A stretch of 64,000 bases of DNA from assembly GCF_009914755.1 (NCBI RefSeq), contig NC_060935.1. The stretch is one strand, 5' to 3'. The notes under the pieces were generated by a model, which made no database searches, was not told the origin of the DNA, and worked only from the letters and a program-made list of their open reading frames with translations. This document shows positions 13,731 to 27,539 of this stretch, in pieces. The first letter of the stretch is position 1. Each line of letters starts with the position of its first letter. The stretch comes from the human T2T-CHM13v2.0 reference genome, Homo sapiens. Position numbers and translations under genes: made by a program.

Positions 13731-16700
13731 AAGTGTCCTGAATAAGTCCTTTTTCCTTTATATTCACCATATCCTTCTTATCATATTTATTTAAAATAAA
13801 AAGTATTAAACTAATACCGATTAGTTTTGCTTCTCGGGGCTTAGGGAAAGCTGTTTAATCCTTTTAAAATACTCCAGAAGTTTGCATGTTGCTGAGCTGT
13901 GGTATAGAAAGCAATACTTAGTTGAAGTCCATTATTCATGCACTGCTGAAAGAAAATGGAAGCAGTCAGTGCCAGAGATATGTTGACACAGTGTTGGGTT
14001 GTTTATTTTTAATTAAGGATGGAATAGAATGGAGCACATACTTCTGAAACTAGACCATACAACTGAACATCTGAAAACTCTGGTAAATCTTCCCTCTGGA
14101 TACTTACAACCATTTGAGAATTGTTGCCAAGATTTTATACCTTAAACAAATCTACAAAGCATCTCCTTGAACTTCCTAGAAGCACTGATGCTCATGAACT
14201 TCAGTATTTACTTTCATCATAAAGTTCATTTCTAAATACCCCTTTCCCCCATTTTTGTTCTGTTTTCTTTTCCTTTGTCCCTTCTAATTCCACAGATTTG
14301 TCAGATACCTTATTTCTGTGGCATAAAAGAATGTATTTGTAGATGTATTTGATCTAACTAGTAGAGATCTATACAGTAGATCAAATCTGTTCTGCAAAGG
14401 CCCCCTTATATAAAACAGAGCATTTTGTTTTGCATTTCTCTTACTTTGCTTTTTTTTGTCTCTCCTTCTTCCATTTACTGATTTCCTTACCAATCTGTTT
14501 TCCTATGTATTTCTCTTTAGTTTCTATATTTTCTTTGTAATAATTTTAATTCCTTTTTTCTTTAATTCTATTTCTTTTAACACATGCATCCTTATTATCT
14601 GGCATTTTCAATATTCTTGACTTTTTCTGTATCTCCCTACCAATTTTTTTAACTCTATAATTTTATGTTTCCTATTAATTACCATATAAAAGAGGACAAA
14701 ATAATTCATGTTTTTGAGATTTTGTCACATACCAGCCCCTCAAATGAGCTCTTTTCTTTGTAGTAGATGGTATAATTCCTATTTTTCAGTTGAGGAGACT
14801 CAGTGAGATAGAGCATGACTCAGGGGGATTATGAAGCAGCTAGATAATGATGTAGAAGTTTCATCTGGATAAATGGGTTTCCAGAACTTGCTAGTTCTGA
14901 AAACTAATGAGAGATAGAAATAGAATGAGTGATAGAAATAGTGGAACATTCTACAAGTGGGATATTGTTCTTTTCTCCTTAGTTTTCGTAGAACATTTCT
15001 AGCATCATTAGTTGCATATACAATGACTAAACATTTGGTAGCAACAAGGAGAGAAGACACTAAGAAAAGTTGTGCCAGGGTCCCATGTGCTTGTCAATGG
15101 GAAGAATCCTTGGGCTATTTTAATGATTGTGAGGGTCCATCTGCCTTGGTCCCGAACTCTTTAGGCATGCAGACTCACTCTTATACCACAAAATTACATA
15201 TATGTGGCCTACAGGTTTGTGCCACATACAACTTTTATTCAGTCCCTAACCAGTTCTTTAACTTCTTTGCTTGTGACCTTCTTGGCTACTCTTGCTATTT
15301 ATTGTTGTATTCATCATTCATATTTGATACTCAGCTCTCCATCTGTAACTTAGACTTTTCCCTTTCTACTTCAATCATAATCAGATTCTCCCTGAGCCTA
15401 TAGCAGTTTGGCTGCCAGTGGTAACTACTCCATTTATTCCAGCCTAGACCCATAAATATTCAAGTTCAGTTCAAGTTCTTGTGAGTAGTTACCCTAAAGT
15501 TGTTGGCTCTGCATTCATGAGCATTTCTCAGACTCAGGGAAGAAATTTGATTGCTATGGAACTTTTTTAGTCATCTTAAGCAAGTAACAGAAATAATAGT
15601 TGTAGATGTTCTTGCCTGGTCATTAAACCTGCACTAATGTTTTACAACATTGCACTAATAGTTTATGAAAACAAGGAGTGCTGAAAAATTCGAGAAGGAG
15701 CATTCTTCTGTTTCATTGGATAGGGGTCCTAAAAATAGGGTGGACTCTTATACATGTCTGTGTTCTAGGAGTTTCACTTATTCAGGAATTACTTAATTAA
15801 AAAATGGGGAGAAACATAATTTGAGCCCTTTACAGTATGGTTGTATCAAAACACATTTTATTGAGAGATCAAACTTGTAAATGATCCAATTTGTGATTTT
15901 CCATGCCTTTGAGATTCAAGGCTGTAATATTGACAATTTATTCTGGCCAGGTGGAGTTGACTGCAAAGGCGTAGGGCAAAAGCACCATTCCATTATATTT
16001 GTATGCAAATCCACCAGCAACTATTGAGGGAGTGTGTGTGTGTGTATGTCTCAGCTGAAAGACTCTTGTAAGAAGTTTCTTTAGTGCATTTGAGGGAACT
16101 GACATCTATAATTCATCAAAACAGCCATTTGGAAAATGAATAAAACATACCCACACTACTTTTGAATCACAGGTTTCAGATCTGCTTGTTAGAATAAAAG
16201 TTACTTATTTTGAAAAGATGTGAGTTATAGTTCTGGTATGTATTTTTATAGCTTTTGCAAATATATTTCAATGTTGCTGCTTTAAACTTTAAACTTTTTA
16301 AAGTGAGACATGTATTAAGAAATAAAAACCTTTTTTTCTTTTTTTGCTATCATTCTTCCCCATGCTTCCCCCCAAAAAATACTATAACACCTAAAAAGAT
16401 GTTTGCTTATACCAAAGATTAAATCTACTGGATAAATAGAAGCATGCGTTATGAATTAATTCAATATGTTGTTTTGTATTGTACTCATAAACAATGTTTC
16501 AAAACCTTTGAAAACAATTCAAATTTAAAAAAGTATAAGTAATCGTAAGAGAGCCAAAGAGATTAGAAAAGGGTAAAAGAGGACAGTAAAAATGAAAAAA
16601 AAAAAAAAAAAAGGAAACCCAAACTGCAGAGTCATTACAATAAAATTCAATGAAAAACTTAGGTCAAAGAATGATAATAGAGCAACAGAGAGATTCGTCT

Positions 16701-18761
16701 GGCAACAACAGCAATGACAACAAAATTTGTTTTTTTTAATGTTACATTTAATTAGAGTTGTTTGACCAAAATTCTTAATGTGGAATTGTGGCATAGTTAA
16801 AAGAGTACTTTAGAGTAGGTGTTGGGAACATATCCCTAAATAGCCAGGTATTTTATAAAACTAAATGTGATTATTGTTACACATCTTTCATTTCCATATG
16901 AAATGAAATGAAGAAGGTGGTTCCTTTCATATCAATGGCTTTATTGTTTTCCAATAATTTAAATACATATGGAAATGTGATTCCTGAAAGCTTCAGTCAA
17001 GTGATATCAGTAGCAATTGAAGAAAGAGAAAAGGGAATTGACTAAGAGATTTATAGAACTGTGAAGCTTTCCCAACTTTCTTCTTGTGCAGGGAAACGTG
17101 CCACAAAATAGCTCAAAAGAAAGAGTAGTCTTATACACTCTGTGGTTGGCAGAAAATTTCTGGAAAGAATAGAGATTTTGCCTAAAGGTTGACAGCTCAT
17201 CATAAAAGCCCTTAGGATTTCTGTGGACTTACCAGGTTATTGGTGAAGCCTGGTATTAATTTAATGCCCTGTAGATAAGCCTCCAGTTTCCAAATTCATT
17301 GATCTCTTTGACAAAGCATCTTCTCTTGTCAGGATGCTGAATAAATAATCTTTCTTAAAAATGCCTTAAGAACAAATTTAACTTCAGACAATTAATATAA
17401 TTTCTCCAGTTATTCCTTTAAAAGATATTAGCAACTTCAAGTTGTGAAAAAAGACCAGTAAAATATAAAAGTTGAAAAGGTCAGTAGGGAAAACAGAATT
17501 TTGTAATTTCTAAGATTGATAGTACAGATGTGGCCACGAAAAACAAAATTTGGGAGTTTCCTTTTCTTATATACAAAAAAACTTATTTCTTATGAACTTT
17601 GTGTTTGTAAGGATACACTATTATTGCCTGGGAGAGTGCTACTAATTGATTATGCTATGAAAGTAATTGTTCATATTATCATGAAAAGCAAGAGGTAGGG
17701 AAAGTCTTCCCCCTTACCTATGCCATGTGGTACAATAGATGGGATACTATAAGGAGTTAGACAATTTAAACTCCATTTTTCTCACTTACTAGCTGGTGAA
17801 TTGAGCATATCAGTTACTTATTTGATTCACAGTTGTTTCACCAGAAAGATGTTAAAATAATATATAATTCATAGAATTGCTGGAAATCTAAAAAAAGCAT
17901 TGACAAAGTGTCAGTAGTCAATAAAATTGAGTCTCATCCCCCTCAACAGTTTCACATTGGTCAACTGCTGATTGATCTGCAGATTCTCTGATACCAGTAT
18001 TAAATAATTTCTGTATGAATTTCTCTTTTCTTGGCTGGATCTTCTTTTATACAAAGATTTAATCTCCTTGTTAAGTATCATTAGCATAAGCTTTTAATTG
18101 GGTTTTACCTTCTGAATTATTTCTGGTGGATGTCATTTTCCTGTTTAGCCTAGATTTATAAAAATTGTAATGAACTAAGTGACTAGGCGTTTTTATGCAC
18201 TAGGAAAAGCTTCATAAGTCTAATTTTACTATACTTTAGCCCTCCCATGTCTCCCTCTCATTTGTATTTACAAGTAATTGCACATATTTAGTATTAGACA
18301 AGTATTTAGACTATTTTGAATTATGCTTGTGAAATCATATTCCTGTTTCATTCTCATTTCTAAAAAATTATATTTTAATAGCTTCAATGTTCTCAAAAGC
18401 TATAATAATTTCTCATTTATATATTGTGTTTTGTGCCTATTTACTATTTATGATCTATCTGTGTTGTTAAAATCTTGCAACTAAGACTTGGGAATTAATG
18501 AACTGTTGGATAAAATAGCTTCTGATGTTGGCCATTGAACGACTAGATTATTTTCTACTAGTGAAAAGACATAATGGAAATATTTATACAGGTACCCATT
18601 TACTTCCACCTTACCATACAGTTTGCTGGCTGGGTTGCAATTACTATCAAATTGAAGATAGTTTTGTAGCTTTGCAGCTGTTGGATAGGAAAGTTACATG
18701 TTGAACATTGAGGGTAAAGAGTAGGGATTATAAAGAGGCTATGGTCATTGTCAGGGTAATT

Positions 18762-19135
18762 CATGTTAGCTGCTGCAATATACCCTGAAATCTCAGTGAT
18801 GTGACACACACACCAACAAAATTATTGTTGATGCAGGGCCTAATGCAAGTCAGTGAACAGTCTTCTCCATTTTGGAACACAAGAATATAGGCTCTCTCCA
18901 ACTTGTAACTCAATTATCTGGGAATATAGACTCCTAGATCAACCTGACAAGGGAAAAGCAATCTGAGGTTTCACAGGGAATGTTTCCAAGGGACAGGACT
19001 TGGAGTAGCCTATATCACCTCTGCCTAATTCATTGGTCAGCACTCAATGTCATTCTACCTAACTTAATTGCAAGGAAAGCTGGGACAGCACATAGACGAT
19101 TAGGTGAATGCTTACTGCTTATGCTATGCCCATCA
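18762..19135 (-). mobile_element. Old MaLR LTR fragment (MLT1K/L-like)
   Basis: CTCTGCCTAATTCATTGGTCAGCACTCA...AATTGCAAGGAAAGCTGGGA is the antisense MLT1 motif. Confidence 0.5.
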
Positions 19136-19364
19136 CACAGGTGGGGACAGGCATCAGGAGACAAAACTGTCTCCACGTCTTTGCACATCAAGTTTCTTCT
19201 TCCTGAAATACCTAGCCTTCTTGCTTTCCTACAGAATTTCTACTTAGCTGTTTTGCTGAGATTTGAAAACTACTTTTCCCCTGAAGCCTTCTCAGATGTC
19301 TTCAGACAGTTATAGCTGCTCCTTTTCCTACATTTTTCTGCTTTGTTTTATATTATGAGTATCA

Positions 19365-19620
19365 TTAATAAAAGCTTCTTTTTATTGAACATTTAGTCTA
19401 TGGCAGTCTCTGCTCTAAAACATTACATATATCCTCATTTAATGCATCCTTAATTTTACAAGGCATATATTACTATAACTATTTTATAAGTGAAGACATA
19501 GATAATTAAAAAACTAAATTATTCATGCCACGATATAGAACTAGTAATTTGATGAGCATGAATTGGAGCCAAGGTCTGTGCAATTCCAAAATAAACACTC
19601 TGTCCTGCTTTCTGTCTGCC
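19365..19620 (-). mobile_element. MIR
   Basis: TTATTGAACATTTAG...CTCATTTAAT...ATTTTATAAGTGAAGAC...GAGCCAAGGTCTG follows the antisense MIR pattern. Confidence 0.6.
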
Positions 19621-20006
19621 TCCACCATCTATCCTGAGTGTGCTTTTTCATATATCAATTAATAAAATTCATTACGGTCATGCACATGCTCTCTCCTGAG
19701 AGACAGTGCTGGGCTTAATCTTTAAACTCTAGAGATCAGCATGTTTTCAGGCTTTCAAAAATATATGTTAATAAATGGAGAAACACAATTTAAAGCACAT
19801 GAAAACACGATTTGCTTCCTTCCTAATTTCAAAGATTGCAGTGTAGTCTGGATCAACCGGAAAGTACAAGTAATTATTTCATTTGGAGCCCAGTAACACC
19901 CTTCTGACAAGAACTCAGGGTAGTTCAAAATTATGACTAAGTTTGCTTAGGCAGTCTAAGAAGTGTCATTGTCTCTTCCATTTGTTTCCTTTTTGTTATT
20001 GCTACT

Positions 20007-20485
20007 TGTATTAGTGTCCTAGGGCTATTACACAAAGTAGCACAAACTGGGAGGCTTAAAACAACGAAAAAATTATTGTCTAGCAGTTCTGGAGGCTAGA
20101 AGTTCAAAATCAAGGTGTCAGCAGGGCTACACACATCCCCTGCCTGCTCCCCCTGAAACCTGCAGAGAAGACTCCTTCTTTGCCTCTTCCTAGCTTCTGG
20201 TGGTGGTTGTCAGTACTTACTGTTTCTTGGCTTACAGCTGCATCACTGTAATCTCTGCCTCTGTCATCACCTGACATTCTCCCTGCATATCTTGTCTTCA
20301 CATGATATTTTCCTCTTTTTAAAAGGACACCAGTAATAATAGATTAGGGCCTCCTCCTCCCCATAATCTTAATTCAACTTGATTACATCTGCAAAGATCC
20401 TATTTCCAAATAAGGTCACATTCACAGGTATGGGGAATTGGGACTTCAATGTATCTTATTCATTGACACAATTCAAACTGCAACA
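20007..20485 (-). mobile_element. MLT1C-like solo LTR
   Basis: TG...CA ends, CAGTTCTGGAGGCTAGAAGT and CCTATTTCCAAATAAGGTCACATTC motifs, and a perfect 5-bp TSD CTACT (20002-20006 / 20486-20490). Confidence 0.9.
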
Positions 20486-23400
20486 CTACTTACACCAATT
20501 TCCCTGCTGAACCCCCTTTTTTCTGTCACTGTTTGTATGTTCGTTTACATTCAGCCAATTTACCCTCAAGTTCTGAGACTTTCATAAGTGATAACAGTTA
20601 GCCTTTTACCATGCTTTGATTTGCTTTTCTTCCCCTTTCTGCTGTGTAACCCAAGTCCCTTTAGAACCAGATACAGAATCGCTGTATATTTGTGAGACCC
20701 ACAGATATTTCTGGTTGCCCACAGATAACACAATCTCCCTTCACTTTCTGAGTGTGTGACCTCTGCATAAGAGTTCTTGGAACTACCAATCCAAGAACAC
20801 GTTTTTTCCATCACTCTTGCAATGCAGAGGTCTTTTTCAGTCATAGGCCACAGAATACATACGCTAATGATAGCTAAAGAAAGCACTGTTGTCGTTTAGA
20901 TATTCAATGATACGATCCAACTAAGCTTTCTGTTTTATTTTTTTAAAATTGCACAAATAAACTCATTATTAGATGGGACTCTAAGCCTACTTGAAGCAAT
21001 AATTGATAACCCTAGCAATGTTACCTTACCAATATCCCCCAGTGCAATGTGTAAGATGGTAGGTAGTACCATTTTTTAATGAATAAAAAAGCAGATGCTA
21101 CTAATTACTTGCCTAAAAATTCAGGTTCACCTTCAAAGTGGTTCATAAAAGCAAAAGTGCATCAAGAGGAAAAGCTACACATATTGAATATTCAGCGTTA
21201 CTAAGCTCTAATTTGCAGCTACTGAATTGTGCAGATATCACCCATTCCCTCTCCCAGCAGTACTTGGTTCTGCTTCCCTTCTGGACTCTTTGGTATAAAA
21301 AAGTACTTGTATCAGCTTTAGAGAATAATTTCATATACCAAAGAGCAAATAGGAGAATTCATTAAGCAGATTTTTTTTTGTCATTGTTTGGTTTCTGTGT
21401 GTCTAAAGACTGAAGGAAATAACAAGAAGGATCTTTAAGAGATGCCCTTGTGTAAGAAACAGCGTTGCCAGAGTTCACTGGCCTTTCAAAATCGTACTTT
21501 CCCTGATGTTTCAGCTGCCATTTGGGAGGAGATGATTTGCAACAAAGAGAACTACTTTCAGTGTTAAGTACATAATCTGGAAATTTATGTTACAGGTATG
21601 CATATTTGTATATGAAAAATATTAACTGAGAAATTACTGAGCTTCTTAGCAAAAAATATAATTATTTCAGAGATATGATACAGTTTAATATCTGCCTTCC
21701 TCAAAAAGTCAGAAAATAAAAAGTTTTAAATTGCATATATTTTCATTTCTTACATATGTCAGAACACTCAGAATTTTTAATAAAATGTTTTAAAACATAA
21801 TTATAAGTTGTTACTTTTATTTCTATGGTTAGTGGAACCCACAGGGTCCTGTATCTGATTAAATGGAGGATATATTAGGAGAATTTTTTAGAAGAATGAC
21901 ACATGTGACATATCACCATATTTGCAAGAAAATATAACTTGATAGTAGAGTAAGTTAGCTGCTTTATATGATGAATTAAAGGCACTAGCTCTTAGAAAAA
22001 AAAGTATAAAATGCTGACTTCAGTAATAATGTAAGGAGCTCTGCTCTTTAACATTTCCTAATTAGTTATAAACTATGATGGAGGGAAAGGTGGAATGAAG
22101 TATCTACGTATTACATTGCTTTCTTCATGAATTGGCAGTAAGCTACATTCAGAGTCTTAATAAAATTTTCCCAACTTTTCTTTCAAAAATTATAACAAAT
22201 GTAACTGTGTAAACTGCTTTTGGGGAAACTACTGTTGGAAAATCATTTGAATGGTGAGATTTGAATGCAGAAAAAATTACTTAAGGACAAATATCATTAA
22301 TACTTTCTTCAGAGCTTGAATGGAATAAGGATACTTCGGGAAACAAATGAGATATTGTCATTTGTTATACTAGATGAAGTAACTTAGGCACTCATGCATT
22401 AATCTTGTATTCACTAAGCAATTATTAAGCATGTGTGGCAGGCATGTTGATAGAAATTGTATATTTAATAGGTTTTATTCAGAGATTTTGTTGTATTAGG
22501 GAAGCCTGGCATAACATACAATTTTAATATGACAAGGGTATAGAGTTTTGTAGGAGGGGTGGTTGAAGTACCCCAGAAGTGCTCCTTGGCTTTACAGCCT
22601 CTACAGGAAAATATACCCATGGAGACACTTTTACAGTTAAAACTATTTTAGAAAGTTTAAAAAAATTGTAGTTGTTTTGAATAGAGTTAATATAGTACCC
22701 AACTTTACAACAGAAACTTCACAGAGGACTGTGCAAGGCTAAGAATCCAGGCTATGATTCATTCATATATTGATGTGTCTGCTCAAGGCTGGACTGGGCC
22801 CTGGAAAGAAGCAGGAACATAACAATTTGTAGGCGTGTCCTAAAAATATTTAAGTTATTAAATCCTGAACTCATAGATTCGGGGCTTTTTGAGGGCAGGA
22901 GATTTTCTTCTTCCTCCTACTTCTGCTCTTCTTTCTCATTCTCTTTTGTTTTTATAAGTTCATTTTGCCCAGCACAGTACCTGGAACAAAGTAGACACTC
23001 AACAAAGCTTTGTTAAACAGTCCCATGTACGCTTTTAACTGCAAGATGCATAGGAAAAAATTCCACACCTTACATTTCTGACTATAGGCTTTCTTTCATT
23101 TTTGCATCTCTAGTGGTTTAATATGGTTTTTAGAATACAGTAAAAATGACTCCAGTTTAATGAGCAAGTTAGTTACATTTACTTTGTTGACATTGCCCCA
23201 TTTTAATATATGCTGCAACCTGTTCTCCTTGTCAAGAATCCAAATTTGTTGCATTTGGTTAATAACTTATAAAAAAAAAAAAAAAAACCCAAGGAAAAAA
23301 ACAAAAAAAACCCCGTACTCAAACTTATTGCCCTGAGTTACTTTTGATTCTTGAAAGAAGCCAGCTGGTAATTCTCACTTTAATAATTTATTTTTTATTT

Positions 23401-24830
23401 GCTCAGTATATTTAATGCAATATAAACTAGAATTTGTAGCATATGTGCTTGGTGTAATGTGTATTTCTTTTATTAATTGTACCCAAAACTCACTTTCTCC
23501 TTTCCACAGGTTTCTTGCGTTTAATAATTTTTCAACATAATTTAATTCAATGTAATTGGTTCTTAAGTGTTTTTTTTAAATTGTTGTCTACATAGATTTA
23601 TATTTTCCCTGCTTTATGAGAAATATTAATCTGTAGATTGCTTCTTTGAAAAGTGAGGCCAAATCACCCAATTATTTGTAACAAGAAAATTAAATTTATT
23701 AATAAAGTACAGTCAATAAATAATTTCAGTATATACTTTTTCTAGCAGCATTTGGCTCATTTAGGAACTTATTGATTTTATGTTTGAGGACTACTTTAAC
23801 AAAATTTTCATGTATGAAGTTATGATAAAATGTGAGTATGTATGTTTTAATTATAGAATTTTTAATTATGTGACTGTAGCATTTTCAACTTAAATATAGC
23901 TTGAAACAATACTAACTACAAAAAAATAGAGTGATGACCAAATTTATTTTACTGCAGAGAAAATAGAGATTTTGCATTGTAGAGGTTTATACTTAACACC
24001 ACAAAATTATGTGAATAGAAAATTTTGAAAATAACATTGTGATTATTCTAAGGGCACTAGACTGACCCTCAATTCTAGCCGACCTAATTTACTTGGACTT
24101 AGTGTTCTTCATCCTGTCCTCATCCATTCTGGGCTTTCTTGTCCATGTGCTTTAATGCACTCTCCTTTCTCTGAGATATTCTGCCCTGTATCTCCCCATG
24201 TCTGTCAAAAACTCATCAAGCCTTGGTTCAAACATCAACTCCTTAATGAGGGCTCCATAATTACTTCCCAGTGCTTTCTGGAAGTGATCTGTCCCACATA
24301 ATTTTTTGATCTTATGCTGTCTTTTTATGTTTGTGTAGCTACATGTCTGTCTTTATTTGAACAAACATGAGCTCCTTGAGGATAGACTAGGTAATTGATG
24401 TATTTCTATCTCCTAAGTAACTGCTTCAGACAGAATGGAAAACAAGCCTCTACACCTCCAGCCAGAAATGAAGGCACAAAATTCAGCCAAACTCAGTTTC
24501 AATAAAATAGCAAATTATGTCTCCGCTCTTCTACATTCCCCAGTCTCCATGCTATCTTTTCATGTTTTGCAAACAAGTTGTCTCATTAAGAGATAAAAAT
24601 ACCTAGTGATAAAATCATTAAACTGTGCTACCACATTCTGTCATACATAGTGTGTTATGGTACTATATGCACATTAGATACTTCCAGAGATTACTAAGAT
24701 GAATTATAGTTTTCTTTAAAGATAAAAATTCTACCCCATAGTACTTCAAGTCAAAATAATGGAATGTATGATATGAGCAAATGATATTCTACTGGGTTCT
24801 TGCTGCTGCTTCTCTTAGTGTATTTAATAA

Positions 24831-24872
24831 TGTGTGTGTGTGTGAGTGTGTGTGTGTGTATATATATATATA
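24831..24872. repeat. Compound (TG)n(TA)n microsatellite
   Basis: Read directly from the sequence. Confidence 0.9.
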
Positions 24873-25563
24873 GTTTTTGGTTACATTGATAAATTCTTTA
24901 GTTTTTCTGTTTATCATTCTCAATCCATACACTTATTTCCTATGCCTGAAATATTTTTACCTTATCATCCTTTTAAGTCCCTCTGTGAGTTATGCTACAC
25001 CAAATCTTCATAATATAAAGGTACCTGTATGTTTCTAATACAATCCAAGTGTGAAAAGTATTCACAGATATAGAAGAGGTGGCATTTATTCTAATCAGTT
25101 TTTGGTTCATTTCCAACTTAATTATTTTAAGGTATTCTTTCAGCTAAAAAATTTATAAATGTCTTTAATGAACACCCTCCATACCTTCTCCCTGCTCTTG
25201 TTTTTATGTTATAAAATCTGAACTTTTTCATTGAAGAGTCTCTAAAATGCTCTACATAGATTTTATTCTGATCTTCTATTTCTTTTTTGAGCCTGTCAAT
25301 TAATTATCTCTGGACAATACTTTGTGCCTTGTTTTATGTTTCAGAATTCCAGATACTCAAGGTTGGAGAGCTACTAACCCAGTACATGAATTCCCAGTGT
25401 ATCTTTCAGTGTTCTGAGCCTGTATTTTACATTTTCAGAAAAGTTGACCACAGAAGCATGTTTATATTGTATTAAAACAAACTATTTTTCTGGAAAGTTT
25501 TCCCATTAAGCGTCTAACCTCCAAGCATCGAGTCCCAGGCCAATTTGTGTGAGTATAAGTCAT

Positions 25564-25921
25564 TGATATGGTTCTACTGTGAACCCACCTAAATCTCATC
25601 TTGAACTGTACCTCCTACAATTTCCACATGTCATGGGAGGGCCCCGGTGGAAGGTAACTGAACAATGGGAGCAGGTCTTTCCCATGCTCTTCTGGTGATA
25701 CTGTCATGAGATCTGATGATTTTATAAAGAAGGGTTCCCCTGCACACACTCTTGCCTGCCACCATGTAAAATGTGACTTTGCTCCTCATTCGCCTTTCAC
25801 GATAATTGTGAGCCACCGCCCCCCGGCCATGTGGAACTGTGAGTCAATTAAACTTCTTTCCTTTATAAATTACCCAGTCTTGGGTATGTCTTTATTAGCA
25901 GGGTGAGAACAGCCTAATACA
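25564..25921 (+). mobile_element. THE1C-like solo LTR
   Basis: TGATATGG...CTAATACA ends, THE1 body and a perfect TSD GTCAT (25559-25563 / 25922-25926). Confidence 0.9.
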
Positions 25922-27135
25922 GTCATGTTCACAAATTTACAAATAACCTTTTTATTTTCTTGAAGTTCAAAGTACCAACCTGGAGAAAATGCCCTGGATT
26001 TGGAAGCAAAGTATTGAATGTTGGAAGTCTGAATAAAGGAATCATACACTGTATGTGCACCTGAATGTACTTTACAAGCATCAGTAGAACACTTCTGATT
26101 GAAGCTTGGTCTTATGAAGATAAAAATTTTATGTGGACCACAGATTCTCTAAAAATCAGTGAGTTCAATTCATTTTGAATTAGAACAACAGTTTAAATTA
26201 GGTAATACACAGCTCAAAATGGCCAACTTTACTAGTCCAATTCAATAGATCCGGGCCCTAGTCCATTATTATAAACCAACCAAACAAACAAAATAACCCA
26301 AGATATAAGTGAAATATTTGGAAGATCAAAATTCTGATTATAAATGACCGGATTCTGTGCTTTCTTCTTCACTCTTCTCAGGCTGCTGTAAAACAGAATT
26401 GATAAAACCACATGTTTCAACTATTATTACAGTTTACATTGTAAGGAAATTTGCCTATGTAAACAAAAAAATGGAGAAAAAAGAGACTCATGTAACTTCT
26501 TTTGTAAATAGATGTATTGGGTTAGTAGCAGAACAACTGGGATTGTGAAAACAAAAAATATACATATAAAAACTTTCAAAGAACTTTGCAATCAAATATA
26601 AGAAATAAACATAGTATCAGAAAAATCTGATCAAAATTTATAGCAATATTTTCCCAAGGGAAAAGAAATCCATCCAAAAAAAAGAAATCCAAAAGCTGCT
26701 TATATTCTAGAAGATTTTTTCTTTTAAAATCCCTGTTCTTCATAAAACTAGAGACAATAAGTAAAATTAAAATATTATAAACCAGGATGAAAATAAATGA
26801 GAAAACATATTTTTAAAAATAGCATAACAATTTTATTAGAAAAATTTAAGACTGCATTAGTAGCAGAAAAAAATAAACAGAAAAAATAAAGTCAGTGTTG
26901 TTAAGGAGAAACTTGGGGAAATTACCCAGGAAATATAAGAAGGGGAAAAAACATTGAAGTAATTTAAAAGAAGGATAAGGGTATGAAAGATAGTTAATAG
27001 AGATCCAAAATATAATTATGAAAGAAACAGACAATATTGTTTCTGCAGATAGCCTACCATACATATTGACTTGAATTAAGGCCTTACTCTGTAAATTCAT
27101 GGCATGGATTTAATGCATGGTGAGTGGACAATTTG

Positions 27136-27398
27136 GAAACAGAAAGTCAAATATCGCATGTTCTCACTTATAAATAGAAGCTGAATAATATGTATACATG
27201 GACATAGAATGTGGAATAGTAGACACTGGCAACTCAGAAGGGTGGGAGGGGATGAGGGATGAGAAATTACTTCATGGGCATAATGGACGTATTCGAGGGA
27301 TGGTTACACTAAAAGCCTAGACTTCACCACTGTGTAATATATTCATGCAACAAAGCTGCAATTGTATCCCTTAAATTTATACAATTAATAATAAAAAC
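27136..27398 (+). mobile_element. L1MA1-3-like 3' end
   Basis: GATGGTTACACTAAAAGCCTAGACTTCACCACT...CCCTTAAATTTATAC is an L1MA 3'UTR signature. Confidence 0.8.
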
Positions 27399-27539
27399 AC
27401 ATAGCAAAATTTCCCAGATAAGGGAATTCACTGCATTTTACAGATAAGGAAAGATTTCAATTAGCATCAATGTAGTCTAAACAGATTCTTAGGTCATAAA
27501 AACTAATTTAACATATCAACCTCTGATCACTTTACATTT

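Noticed and set aside
14800-15403. 148-aa and 86-aa ORFs in non-repeat DNA
   Set aside because: No homology I recognise, non-ATG start for the longer one, no exon structure; consistent with chance.
23269-23315. Poly-A tracts (also 16596-16612) as processed pseudogene or transduction tails
   Set aside because: No flanking TSD and no recognisable upstream mRNA-derived sequence.
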